The notes under the pieces are model-generated. The model was not told the origin of the DNA. It was given only the letters and a program-made list of their open reading frames with translations, and did no database searches. Position numbers and translations under genes: made by a program. From NCBI RefSeq assembly GCF_009914755.1, contig NC_060926.1: DNA of 64,000 nucleotides. The stretch is one strand, 5' to 3'. Below, piece by piece: positions 28,972 through 42,258 of this stretch; position 1 is the first letter of the stretch, and each line of letters begins with the position of its first letter. This stretch comes from the human T2T-CHM13v2.0 reference genome, Homo sapiens.

Positions 28972-31291
28972 CTTCCCTCCAGGAGCAGTGATCTAAGCTC
29001 TGGGGAGAGTAAAGATGGTGGTTATACATGTTCTGGTGGCATGGTACCTCTGGTCTCTATACTTTTCTCCTTCTCAGCCTCTTCCCTTTGGCTCCCAAAA
29101 CTCTCACTAAAGCATGATGGGAGCCGTCTGTATGATCATCTCCCTTCCAAGGTTCCTGCCTTTTTAAGCTGATGTACATTCAAAGCTTTAGCTTTAGCAC
29201 TGGAATTTAGCCCTCTGCCTTTTTGCATTTGTATGAATAATCCTTAAGAACCACCAAGCACCAGCATAAGTCTGGCCTGTGTTGGATGACAAGCCCATTG
29301 AAGGGTCTCTCTGGTTAACAATGGAGTTGCTGTGTGCCATCCCAAAAAGACAGAAAACACAGGAAGATGGAGACAGACAGACCAGCAAGGGATAAGCCCA
29401 GGGTGGGCCTCTGCCAGCTTGCAGTCTTGCCCGAGCCTAGTTTTGACTATGGTAAATGGAGGCTGTCATCTGTGAACAGGCCCAGTCCTCTGCCAAAAAA
29501 GCCCAATCATTGCCAAACCTCAAAGGCCTCCAAGTACACAGTGGCCAGAGCCCACTCGAAAAGATGACTTCACCAGCATAGGGTAGAGCCAAGAACCAAA
29601 ATACTTTGTCTTCTGCTGTTTATTTTAAAATCATGATTATGTGTTCCCTCTTCTTTCAGGGACATCAAACATGTAGTAACATTGTACAGGGACTTCTGGA
29701 GGCCTGGCCATTGGCACGAGCATAGAGGAGATGTCAGGCAGGTGCTGGGAACAGTGTATCCTCGGCAGATGTTCAAAGGGCTGACCACACTTGGCTAGCC
29801 TTGCTATCCAAAAAGTGTGTCTAGTCTCAAGGCCATGGCCACCTGGGAACGGTCATGCAGCACATGGTTCCCCACCCCCAAGAACACTGCTTCACCTGCT
29901 GCCTCCTCAAGAGGAAGCTGGCAAAGGTCAAGAGGGGGAAGCAGACCTTCTCTGACCTCTCATGCTCTTCCAGACCTACACTTCTTCACCCTGTTCGTGC
30001 AAATCCTGGCTCTTTAGAGGCTCATACTGTCAAGAAATACTACCCACGACCATTCCATATCACTGCTGTCTGCCAACCTCCTGGACATTCTCTTCATTCA
30101 TTAAAAACTCCAGGATCTGGCTAACAATTATCTCTACCAACCAAAGTCCCTGGGTGACCTCAACAGTTCCAAGAATGACCTAGACAGCACCGGGCTTCTT
30201 CTACTTCTTTTAGCCTCTCATCAGCAGCGATCTCCACCTCCTCCTCACTGTAACTGTCATTCCTGTTGTTACACCCTAGGCTTTGTCTTTATCTGTACTT
30301 TTCTACATCCAAAATCTTAAATTCAGTCACCCTAGTTTCCAACCACAGCCTCTCATCCCTCCAGCTCACTCACCTGAATGCATTCTCACTATATAAATAT
30401 GCTCCTCCTTTGTGAATTCTTCCACCTCACAGGCACCACCAGCCCTGATTTCTTTCTTTCTCCCTCTCTCCCTTCCTTCCTTCTAAGTCTTTACTTTTTG
30501 CCCCACCCACCTGAGATTCCAGGGTTTTCTTCTGATTAAAAGATTAAATATTGAAGTTAAATCAGACCCATATACTCTTAAATAGCCCACACATAATGCA
30601 ACTTAATCCTTCTCATCAATATTCTCAGATCAAACCCTTGTCCCCTTGATGTCCCTCTGCAACCATCTCACAAAACTGCAACCCAGGATCATTTGGACTC
30701 TCCAGTTCCATATGCCTAAATCAGGTGGCTAAATCCTACTGAAGAAATTAACTCACCCCTAGGTTTGGAGTCACTACAAATGCCTGGTCACCAGCTTATT
30801 CCACACTGCTTTCATTTTCCCGAGGAGCTAGTGCAAATGTTCTCCACTCTCAAATCCTTGACTCTGTCCCCACGCTCTTTCAGCTCTCAGTCCCAGGAGA
30901 CAAACTCATCCCCACTTTACAGAAATGATGGCAGCCACTGGATGAGACACTTGTCAGCAGCTTACCAGCAAGCCTACCAGTTGTCCCCTCTGCCCCCTTC
31001 CTTTCTCACTTCTGCTAAAAGTGGAGAAAGTTTCTTTTTTATTTTTTTGCCTGAGGCTAATCCTTCCTTGTGTTCTTTCTCCTATCACTTTCACCTTCAG
31101 TGTCTCATCTCTTGATCATGGGCTGTCTCTAGCTCCTCTGTCTTGGTATTGGCTCTTTGCCATCAATGCTTAAACGTGCTCCAGTCTGCCCCGACTTTAA
31201 GCAAACAAAAACAAAACAGCCTTCCTCTTCCCCAGATTCCACCCCAAACCTCCTCAAACTCATTTCTTCAGTTCATAGCCAGACATTGTTA

Positions 31292-32430
31292 ACATTTTTT
31301 ATTCTAGAATAAAACACAGATACAGAAAACCAGTAGAAATGTATAGCTGAATGAACAACCTTGTCAACGTGTTCAAAAAATTGCATTTTTCCAGTTAGAA
31401 GCCCCTGGTGCTCCATTCCAATCATAACTTCGCCTTCCCCAAGAAGGAACCACTCTTCCGATGTTCAGAGTGGTCACTTTCTTGTGTGTTTTTGTAGCTA
31501 CACCACCAAAAGTGCATCCATAGGCACTACAGTTTACTCTTGCCCATTGCTTATTTGATATATCCTGTAAGTATTTATTATCTACATGTTTCTTCATGAT
31601 CCCTTTTTTTTTAACAGTGTATTGGTAAAAGAACCATCATGTGAACTGTAGGGTTTCTCATGGTCTCTGGATTTGGCTGATTGAACACTCATGTTGCACT
31701 CGTGTTCTTCTGTGTTCCTGTAAATTGGTGACCTGTAGGGTTTCTCATGGTCTCTGGATTTGGTTGATTGAACACTCATGTTGCACTCGTGTTCTTCTGT
31801 GTTCCTGTAAATTGGTAGCTGAGTCTAGTGGCTTGATCAGACTCAGATTTGATCCATTTAGCAAGACTATAGGTGATGGTGTTTCTTTCATCAGGAAGCA
31901 TTTAATGTCTGGTTGACTTTGTGCCATGTTTGTACCCAAGAATGTTCAATGCCTCCTAATCCTGTTATGTTCTTTTCTAGCTTGAATATTTCTAGAAAAG
32001 ATGCCTCCTCTCTCATAATTTGGTTACATGGTGGTACACAGTTGGTATAGAAAAGGCAGAATAAATGCTTGGTTCTTTCCTTATCTTTATCCAGTTGTCA
32101 AGATAATCAATTTGTTTCTTATCCTTCCAATGTGGCCAAGTAGTTTTGGGTTTTTTTTTTTTTTAAGTATTATTGTAAACTCATGGATTCCTATGTTTTG
32201 CCAGTAGAAGCCTCTTCAAATTGGCTCCTGGCCCCTTTAACACAGACCCCTTGGTCTTCGACAGCTTCCTTACTATCTGGTATGACAAGACATTCCAGAT
32301 TTATCTCATGTTTACTGTTCCAGACCCAGAATTAGCCATTTCTCCTAGAAGCCTTGATTTGTTTTAATGGAAAACAAGTTTTCAAGACCACAATCTTCAT
32401 GATAGGGATTGCTCATGGCTACTTAGTCAG
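31292..32430 (-). mobile_element. L1MC4/5-like 3' region
   Basis: GCTTGATCAGACTCAGATTTGA and AGAATTAGCCATTTCTCCTAGAAGCC motifs. Confidence 0.65.
31641..31816. repeat. 87-bp tandem duplication
   Basis: Two adjacent copies, 2 mismatches, GT microhomology. Confidence 0.93.
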
Positions 32431-34574
32431 ACTTCCTAAAATGGTTATCTTCACTTCCCAATTCCCATCTACTCCTTAGGCCATCCAACTTAACTTCTGC
32501 CACCACCACTTCCTTGAAAATATTCTTATCAATTGCTAAATGATATTGGCACTTCTGAGACTCCATCCACAACTGACATAATCAACCACTCCTTTCTTCT
32601 CAAAACACTTAGGAACATTTATTTCTATGACACCATCATCTTCTCATTTTCCTCCTTTTCAAATTTTTTTCTTTTTCATTTTATCTTTTTCTTTTCCTAT
32701 TTGTTTTCATTTTCCACCTTTTCAAGTGCTCCTTCTCATTCTCCATTGTGACCTGTTTATCCTCTGCCAAGCTCTTAAGTGCTGTGGCCTTGAGATGATT
32801 AAGGGTGTCTTAAGACTTTCTTCTTCTTATCAGAACCCCCCTCTCTGATCTATACCACCTACTCCATGGCTGAAATTAACTTATATGTTGATAATTCTCA
32901 AGTCAATATCTCCTGTTAAGATCTCTCCTCAAATAGAAGACCAGCTATCCAGCTCTTCACTCAGATGTCCCACCTGAGATTTCCAGATACCCATCACATC
33001 CCCAAGTCTCTAGCGTGCTCCTGATGCAATGATTCGGATCTCAGTAATTGGTGCCTCTGTCTACCCGGTTGCCCGAATCTGATTCTGGGTAGTCATCTTT
33101 AACTCATTCTTTCCCTTCACCCCCGCAATCCAATCAAAAACTGAAAGCAACTCCCTCTGTGGTCCCTCCTAGCTGTCTAGCATCCGCCCCCTTCTCTCCA
33201 CCCACACCACCCTTACCCCAGCTCATGCTGCCTTCATCCTGCTCATCTCAGCCACATCCTCCCATGTGGCCTCCCTGCCTCTGGTGTGGCCCCTCCAGTC
33301 GATTCTCTACACCACAGCCAGAGCAATCTTCCTGAAACACCAACTAGATCATGTCATTCTACTGTTTAAAACAATGCTCTTAGCATAAAGCCCAAAATTT
33401 TTTGTAAGATGATTTTTACAAAGCCCAGCATGATCTGGTTCTTGCTTGCTTCTCCATCCTCTCCTCTGATAATCGTCACTTTTCACTACCCATAACTCAC
33501 TCCAAGATCCAGCTTAATGAACTTTGATCACTTTAAATGGAACCATTGTTTCCTCCAGGAAGCCTCCCCTGCGCCCCCAAGTTTGAATCTGATGCTTCTT
33601 TCAACACTAATTTGTGGCTTCAAAATTCCCAGTCCATTTATCTGCATTCCTCACTCCCCCTACTAGAGCAGAGTTTCTCCTTCTTGACAAAACTCATGCC
33701 ACAGCTGCCTTATCAATTGCCAACTCAGGGACCCCTTCCTCTGGGTCCACCATGTATACCTCTGAATGCCAAGGTTCTATACTTAGAAGATCCTTCACAT
33801 TCAGCAGACTTTCCTTAGCCAGAGACAGGCTGCCTATACTGGAAAGATGTTCTAAAAACATCAAGTCTGACCCTCCCATTTTACAGAGGAGGAAACTGAG
33901 GCCCCAAGAAGGGGCCTTTCAAAACCCCCTCAGAGAAGTCGTGGTTGAGACAATACAAGAATCCAGGTCCATTCAAGGGATTTTGCCTTCTACCAGCAAG
34001 CCCATAAGAGCTGCTCCAGGAGGCCTTATGGAAAGGAATGGGCCATTACAGCTTCCTTAGTTCAAAATAATCTAAAGCCATATTGTTGCAGAAATCTTAC
34101 AAAACTACAGCTGCTGACCCTAACTGGGGTCTACTTTGCTCAGTGTTGGGACTAAATCAAAAGGCATAGCCCAGTCCAGAAGACAGACTGGCCTAGCCAG
34201 TTCTAAAGGGACATGAAGCCTCCCCCCTACCCCCCATGGTGACCAAGGGACTCCTCTAATCAATCAGGTGGCACAGACAGAAACACAGATGTAGTCACAG
34301 GAGCCAGGTGGATCTTGTTGTGGCCAAAGATGCTGGATCAGCCTAACAGAAGGTAGAACAAACAACTGAAGTGGCAGAGAGATCACAAGTTTAGGTCCCT
34401 GACATGGCACAGTCCAGACCAGATTCCCCTGCTAACTGCTTGACCTCCCCTAGGTCAAGCCAGAACAGGGGCTAGATGACAAAGAACAGATTGTGGCTTG
34501 TCTGTGAAATCTGTAGACCATCACAGACCACACTTAGAGAAGCAAGCATTCTCCTTGTCCCACAGAGCTGGAGA

Positions 34575-35030
34575 AAGCCTGGGTTCTTGGGTCAGATTCC
34601 CCAAAATAGGCCCTGAAATGAGAGTTTGCATTCAAGTGATTTCTTAAGGAAGTCTAACTGGGAGAAACTGGTAAGAACAGAGAAGGAAAGAAAGAAAGTG
34701 AGTTTGATCGTAGGCAGAGACCCACAGAGGACACTCTGAGTCCGATCCTGCTGTAAGACTCCTCAGGATTGACAAACCTTCAGCAAAGGCTTTCATAACC
34801 CCTCCCCTCACAGTCACTGGTCCAGGGGAGAGGTAACTGCCCACTCATTTCTGGCTTCTATGCAAAGTAAAGCAGCACCAGTAGCCCAAGGGTATGAGGG
34901 AAGTCCTTCAAAGAAGAGCTGCAGGCTCCAAGTGCTGGGGATTGGAAGCAAGAGCATACCCAAGACAGCGGTGCACAAAATGGACAGGGCCAAGGGGAGT
35001 GGTGGTGCACTGTCATTGCATCAAATAACA
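34575..35030 (-). mobile_element. ERVL LTR (LTR16-like)
   Basis: GGGTCAGATTCCCCAAAATAGGCCCTGAAATGAGAGTTTGCATTCAAGTGATTT. Confidence 0.45.
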
Positions 35031-35486
35031 GCATAACATCATAGGGTGACCCAACTAAAGCCAAGCTGGAATTCACAGTCTTTCTGGCCACATGAGTAGA
35101 AGTCTGGTCATTGCTCTTGGAATCTGTTTAAATGAGCTGGTATACACGGAAGCTTTTTAGGAGTGAAGGGATGCAGAGACTCCTGGGGAGACAGATAGTG
35201 TAAGGAGGGGAATGGGAACCATACCAGGGAATGGTATGGTGACTGTCTCTCCCTCCAGCCCAAGACAGGGGTTCTGGATCTCTGTCACTTGTAGCCAGAG
35301 TTCTAAGTAACACACTTTATCAGTTTGCTAGGAGGGGTATAATGAGCGAATGGATGAAAAAAGTCTTCATAAATAACAAATGTTGTATTACTTCCAAGTC
35401 ACATTTGATGGTCTGGAAAAAACACTGAAGGGTACACATAATGGTCACTCAGTGAATATCTATTAAATGAATGAATCAAACTGGCT

Positions 35487-35666
35487 GAAGGAGGAGGAGG
35501 AAGAAGAAAAAAAGGGAGAAGAAGAGGAAAAAGGAGGGAAGGAAAGAAGAATAAGAGTGGGTAAGAGGAAAAAGAAGGAAGGGAAGGGAAGGGAAGGAAA
35601 GGGAAGGGAAAGGAAAGGAAGGGAAGGAGGGAGGGGAGGGGAGGGGAAAGGGAGGAGAAGGAGAAA
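35487..35666. repeat. Purine-rich (GGAAG/GAA) low-complexity tract
   Basis: About 180 bp, almost all A/G on the plus strand. Confidence 0.9.
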
Positions 35667-35679
35667 CCCACACACAGAA

Positions 35680-36130
35680 CTCACTGTATCTGAAAATTCT
35701 AGGGATAGGTCTAAATTCAGGCATGGCTGATTCAGGCCCTCAGAAGCTGTGGACAGGACCGTATCTCTCACCAAACTTTGGCGCTGCTTGTCTCTGTGTC
35801 GCCTTCATTCTCAGGCTCTGTCTGAAGTAGCAATGCTTCCACCAGTGGCTCTCAGTGAACATCCTACCAGCTTAGCACCCTCATGGCCCTTTCCTCATAG
35901 CTCCAATAGAAGTTCCATGATTGATTCTGATTCACTGACTTGAGCCATCTGCCCATTCTTGAACCAATTACTGTGACCAGGGAGATGGAATAAGCAGATC
36001 GGCCAGCCCTGGGTCACACGTTCACTCTGGAGCAGCTTACAGGTGGGTGGGGGTCGGTTGCTGGTCCCACCTGAACTGCATGAAATGAGCATGGGGGAAG
36101 GGGATTTCGCCCAAAGGAGAGCTGGGGTGC
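35680..36130 (-). mobile_element. MLT1K-like LTR
   Basis: TTCAGGCATGGCTGATTCAGG and TTGAACCAATTACTGTGACCAGGGAGATGGAA. Confidence 0.55.
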
Positions 36131-36749
36131 TGCTTGTTGAAGTAGAAAAACGAGGTGCTGGACATGCAAAAATCACAGTCTCCTACGTTCCTGTGTGATA
36201 CCAAGACTGCTTCTGCAGCAGAAAAGGCAGAAAGAAGGGTGGGCCCTTAACTTCCATAAGCGATGCACTCTTAGATGTCTATGAACTATAGAGTCAAGGA
36301 AATTCAAATGTTTGTACCAGATCCAGGCTTTCTCTTGAATCACAGGTAACTGTTTTTCCAACTTCCATTAGTTTTCTCTCATTTGGGGAGCCATTTTGAA
36401 CCATTAGAGAAGCTGTTAAAATGGTTTCAGGAGATGCCTGGTGTTTTCTTATAGAACTCCTGGTAAATTCATTTACACCATTGGAGTGAGTCCCTGCTGA
36501 ATTCAACATTCCTTCTTCTAATTTGTCCAAAACTTCAAACGCTCATTTTCTTAACCCACCCAGTTTCTCTATACATCTATCTCCAGCAATAGTTTTTGGC
36601 ATTCTTTAATGGTCATTCTTTTTCCCACTGGAACCAAGTGTTGAATCACCTCATAGCAGTTACAGTGTCCATGACGATGAACAGAGAATGTGAAAGTGGC
36701 TCTGAGGTGTGGGCAGCTTGCTGAGTGCTAAAGGTCTCTGAGAGAGACT

Positions 36750-37290
36750 CCTGTGGCCTTTGCCTCTGAGGATCTACTCACCCTTCTGCTGATAAATGTA
36801 TTCTCTCCTCCACTCTTAGATCCTAGGTTTTGGTGGAGCTTCTCACCATAATTAGGGCTGGAGCCTATAAAGTAAGCCTAAAAACCAACTAGATTATCAC
36901 AGCTCCCCAGTCACAACAATTAATTTGGGACCCAGTCAGAAATAATGAGAGGCAATGAGACACTGGCAGAATTTTCTGGGAAAGAGACCGCTGCTATTAA
37001 TATTTCCTGCTGGACTTGAATCTGAGGGAATATCAGGTTGGGAGCTAAGGCTGCCATTTAGTACCCTGAGAGACGGATCTGGCCTCCAAATGGAGTCAAT
37101 CCAGAGGAAGTGGAGTTGAAGGTGAGGAAGAGGGAGAGATGAGAGAGAGGCTAGACCCTGGTGACATTGACTGAGTGAAGTGCCACCTGAAACCAGCCCA
37201 ACCTCTGCCTTTTAAGAGAAGTGAGTTGATAAGTTCTCTTTTTGCTTACCCTGGTTTGTGCTGGGATTTCTCTCCCTGGAGAGCAAAAGT
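36750..37290 (+). mobile_element. Old MaLR LTR (MLT1J/K-like)
   Basis: GACCCTGGTGACATTG...GATAAGTTCTCTTTTTGCTTACCCTGGTTTGTGCTGGGATTTCT. Confidence 0.5.
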
Positions 37291-39259
37291 TACCAAGTAG
37301 ATGCAACCCTATTGTATTTCAATACCCTCTCAGTCCCCACCAGCCCATGGGTTGACATCTGGTCACATTAACAACAGCACAATGGAGGCTCTTAGCTTCC
37401 ATGCACTGCACATGGACTCAGCACCCCTCCAAGTCTCTCTCTCTTATTTCTTAGTGAAGATTTCGCCAGTGGGTGTCTTATATGTTCAGGAACAATTTTG
37501 GTCATGTTCTTTCCTGACATTCTCTTATAAAATGACTGTGGCCAGAGGAGTGGGATGAGACCACTGACCTCATTCTGATCATGAGCAGGGCTGGGAGGAG
37601 AGTGAGTACAGCTGGCAGCCTCCATGAGGAGCACTCAATTCACATGGAGGAGAGGCCATCCATGGAGAAGAAGGGAGCACTATTGCCAGAAGAACAGAGA
37701 AGAGCGAGCTAAACACACAAACAAGGGGGCCCGCCATGGGTAGAAGGGCAAGAAGTGCTGAGACCACCCACTGATGAGGACAGGAAGGCCTGGGGGAGGG
37801 AACACATGTGCCAGTGGTCACTGGGTGAGAAGGTAGTGGGGCTCAGACTCAAGCCCAGGGGCCCAGGGTGCTCCCCCTGCTCACCCATGCCTTTGCTGGA
37901 GAGCCATGAACAGTTTAGCAAGGGTCAGGAATGTGTGAAAGTTCACACTGCCAGTTCTGCCCAATCCACAGTCAAGTTCAAGTGTATTCCTGGATGGGGA
38001 GCAAAGGCAAGATCTGTCTGACAACACCAATTTCCCCCAACCTGAGTGCCAGCCCCCAAGGCTCCCTGCAATATAAACTGCCATGGAACACTGGCCTTAG
38101 ACCCCTGCAGGCTTCCTACCCTCAGAAACAGCCATTCTATGGAATTACAATGTGGGGCAGGCTTGATCCAAACACTCCTGACTCACTGCATTGCAGCCAT
38201 GCCCTGTGGGCTCTGATCACACAATTCTCTCACTCTTGATGAGCTTATTCCCCTGCTCCTTCATACTTTCCTCTCTCCCATCATCCCGGAATTCCCTTGC
38301 TCATTTCTATAATCTAAAGTCTTTCCTCTTCTTTCTCTAAGATTTTTCTTCTTCAAACCCCACCCCAACGTTCAAATCTGAGACTTCTCAATAGAAAGAA
38401 CCCCAAATTGGAAGCAGGAGGCATGGGCGAAGGAGCCAACCCTGGTGCTGCCTCCTTGGATGACCTTGAGCCAATTCCCACACCTCTCTGGGCTCCAGCT
38501 TGCTCTTCCCAAGGCATTGCAGGCAAACGCTGGGATTCCCCATGTCATCTGGCCCACTATGAGCACAAAAGATGCCCCGTCTTCCACCACCCCTGACCCC
38601 AAGCCTCTGTCCCTCACACCAGGGCTGCCTTCTGTCCCCAGGTTAGACCTGAATGATGGGAAGAGATGTTCTTGCCCCTGGAGACCGGGCAATCCAGGGC
38701 TGTTTCTGTTTTAAAAATAAACCATATGATTCTTTCGAATTTGGGGGTTGAAGAGCAAAAAGAAAGAGGATATAAGAGAAGCTTCAGGGGTGATTGCCAA
38801 AAATGTTTCCCACCCACCAATTTCTTAAACTAGGAGCATCTCAAGGGGGAGCTGACCACATGGTCTTGATTTACTAAAACTTCACTCATTAGGCTGGTAT
38901 CCTTTCAAGCATATTGGACAGCTAACAGGCGAGAAGCTTTTCAAAGCCCCTTCCCCTCCATACTGGGGCTGGCAGGGGGCCAGGAGGGAGGCCCCAGAGC
39001 AGAAGCACTTGTGCAGCCACCCCCAGGGGGCTGTTCCTGCTGGGTTACAATCTCCCCACTGAACCAGAAGAAAGCTCTACTGAGGATCACACATGGCACA
39101 GATGTGGTCACACATGGCTCCAAAGTCCGAACGGAAGTCTTGGCACTGGACCCAGGTGTGATGGACACATGTGTGCCCAAGGGTATAGATAAGAATATGG
39201 GCAGGACCACACACAACCAGCCCCCTATGGGTGTCATCTCCCCACACAGGCACACATGT

Positions 39260-39260
<1 letters not shown>

Positions 39261-39292
<32 letters not shown>

Positions 39293-39302
39293 TACACACA
39301 CA
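39261..39302. repeat. (CA)n microsatellite
   Basis: Direct reading. Confidence 0.9.
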
Positions 39303-40429
39303 GAGGCAATGGTCCCCGCATGCTGGAGAGGCACATCCAGAGAGCTCAGTCTCTGCCTACAGCTAGAACATCTTGGACTTCCAAACTCCTTGTAAATTAG
39401 ATGTTGAATCTGTGCACAGGCTCTTGCTACACACACTGAAAGACAGCAAAAGCATAAACCCACTGGAATCTAGCACCAAAATGTATTTTCCACCAAAGGA
39501 TCTTCATAAGAATATTCTTTTCTATGAGCTGATGAGAGGCCATATTTCCTGAGTTCTGGCAGAGACCTGCCTGAGTATATCTTCTGTCCCATCCACGAGT
39601 GTCTGCACCCCACATATCCAGCCTAGCACAATTCCACTCACAGGCTGCAAATCAGCACATCAGCTCTGTCCTGGGGACACAGCCTCGCTGGCAGAGGATT
39701 CCTAGGGCTCTGTGGGGCTCAGTCTATACCCAACACTGTGAACACCAAAGGGTAAGCCAACCAAGGCATTCCCCAGAGACACCTTGCTTAGGGAGGTGGC
39801 GCAGTGCCAACAGGGAAGCTGAAGTTCTTTTCCTGATTGGGAAACATGCTGATGGTGACAGCAGAAGGAGTCAAACCCAGCAACTGATTGTTTCCCAGGC
39901 AAGAAGCTCCAGAATATGCTGCTGTCCAGTCGGAAAGGGCTTGCTGCCTCCCTAAACACCTTCCAGCTACATTCACTCTCAGAAAAACTCAGGGGTGAGA
40001 TTCATGGATGATGGCTCTGAAAAGGGTGTGGTCCAATATGAGTTTCCAAATGGGAAGCAGAGGCTCAGAGAGGAGAAGGCAGTCCTGTTCAAAGCAGTGC
40101 AGAGCTGGGCCATGAAGCCAGGCTAGTCCAGCAACTGAGAGCACAGGCTTTCAGGACACGTAGTCCTGAGGTCAATTCAAACTCCACTGTAGCCAGGAGT
40201 TAACACCTACTTATCTAGGACTAGAATTCTTATTGACAAGAACACCACTAACTCATGGAGTTAAGTGAGAATTAAATGAGACACTACATAAAAGAAGCCA
40301 GTATGCAGTAGGAGCATAATAAATGCTGATCTCTTCCCCTTCTCATTCCCACATTCTTCCACCAATCTGAGCACAGCTTTGGCTGCTTTTTGAGTTCTTG
40401 ACTAGTTGATGCTTTAAAGATCTGGTCCA

Positions 40430-40846
40430 CAACCCAAATGTCCATCAATGATACAATGGATTAAGAAAATGTGGCACATATACACCACGGAATACTATGC
40501 AGCCATAAAAAAGGATGAGTTCATCTCCTTTGTAGGGACATGGATGAAGCTGGAAACCATCATTCTGAGCAAACTATCGCAAGGACAGAAAACCAAACAC
40601 CGCATGTTCTTATTCATAGGTGGGAATTTTACAATGAGAACACTTGGACACAGGAAGGGGAACATCACACACTGGGGCCTGTTGTGGGGTGGGGGAGGGG
40701 GGAGGGATAGCATTAGGAGATATACCTAATGTAAATGATGAGTTAATGGGTGCAGCACACCAACATGCCACATGTATACATATGTAACAAACCTGCACGT
40801 TGTGCACATGTACCCTAGAACTTAAAGTATAATAATAACAATAAAA
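40430..40846 (+). mobile_element. 5'-truncated L1PA (PA4-6-like) 3' end
   Basis: ORF2 C-terminal peptide [18 protein letters not shown]; perfect 14-bp TSD AAAGATCTGGTCCA (40416-40429 / 40847-40860) at a TTT/AAA endonuclease site. Confidence 0.93.
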
Positions 40847-42036
40847 AAAGATCTGGTCCAAACTGAAAAGCTGGCTCCAAAGGATGGAAGCACAGCAGCT
40901 CAGCCCCTTCTGAACCAAGGCCAGGTAGAGCCCAACATTCCCAGGACTGCAGGAAGACTCATGACCACCAGGTAGAGCCCAGAGCCTATTTCTCTCTCCC
41001 TCTTGCACTCTGATCCTGAAAGAACGGTGGTATCAAGACTGGAGACTCCTCCTCATTTGGTCGCTTTGGTAGAGGAAGAGGCATCCTGATTCACAGCATC
41101 ATGCAGTCCCAGGTGTGGCTGAGGGGCTGGCAGACCCCTTTCTGGCTGCAGATCCTGAAGGGCTCTATGGGGGCAGGGGAGCACACAGGCTCTGTGGTCC
41201 CAGAAGGCAAGCCAGGACCCAAGCAGTACAGGCTATTGTCAGGTTACAGGGGCATCATACTGCCAAATCTGCACTGCTTCTCAGGTTGCAAGATGCTTCC
41301 ATGTCTATCTTCTTAGCTCAGGCTGTGGTGGGACATTTCAAAAGGCGGTGACTCCAAGATAAATCCTAGCAGAGGATGACCACCCGCCTACGACCACATT
41401 AAGAATTCCTCTAGTAGGTAAAGGTAGGAGGTGGCTTGGAGATCCCGCCCAGACCCAAGTGTCTGTGAGACCATCAGAGCCTTAGAGTCCAACTCTATCA
41501 AAAGTTTAGGGCACTAAATGGATAACCCCAAAGATCACATAAGAGGCTAGTTACTTCTGTGGAGTTCAGAAAAGACACCTACTTTCTTTCAGTCAGTTGT
41601 GTCCAACAATTTAGCTGCTACAACCCAGGTAGCAAAAGTCAAGCTAAAATTCCAGGCTGCCTTCCCCAACCCAGAAATTGAAAACAAACTTGCAAAATGT
41701 GAGCCCAGCAGAGCAAGATCTACAGCACTGACCCAGTGAGGAAACTAGGCCACCCAATGGGGGGCTACCTGCGATTGGCGCCTGCAAGTGAAGCATTCCA
41801 GGCTGGGCCTCCCGGGACACACACATCTCTGTCCGCTCAGTCTCCACACCATTAACAAGTGGAGATTTCCCTAGGCTGATCCTCGCCAGGTTCATTGGGC
41901 AGAAGGAAGTCGGCTTTCCAAAGACAAAGAAAGTCACTTCGCCCGGGAACTTGACATAGCCAAAGTGGGCCATCTTTCTTCTCTAGATTTTAAGACCTTT
42001 ATGGCAGGGCTAGGGAGGTATATATAAAGAGGTCAA

Positions 42037-42188
42037 GGCTGGGTGTGGTGGCTCATACTTGTAATCTCAGCACTCTGGGAGGCCAAGGCAGGAGGATCAC
42101 TTGAGTCTAGGAGTTTGCGTCTGCAGTAAGCTGTAACGCCACTGCACTCCAGCCTTGGCAACAGAGCAAGACCTTTTCTCTATTAAAA
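42037..42188 (+). mobile_element. Alu monomer (FRAM/FAM-like)
   Basis: About 150-bp single monomer ending GCACTCCAGCCTTGGCAACAGAGCAAGACC. Confidence 0.8.
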
Positions 42189-42258
42189 GAGGGATAGGTC
42201 ACAGGGTGAGAATGGACACTCAGGGTCATTCTAGTCCAAGGCCCCATCTAGCACTTTG

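Larger units (their letters stand above)
30140..33530 (+). mobile_element. Long L2 remnant, interrupted by L1MC
   Basis: Pyrimidine-rich L2 ORF2 homology; TTDIINHSFLLKTL resembles FDTVDHSLLLETL; CTAGATCATGTCATTCTACTGTTTAAAAC near the 3' end. Confidence 0.7.

Noticed and set aside
28894-30602. 78-bp repeats as LTRs of a miniature retroelement
   Set aside because: No TG...CA termini, TSD, PBS or PPT, and copy 2 lies within an L2
35399-35774. Overlapping E/K/G/R-rich and F/P/S/L-rich ORFs
   Set aside because: Artefacts of a stop-free purine tract
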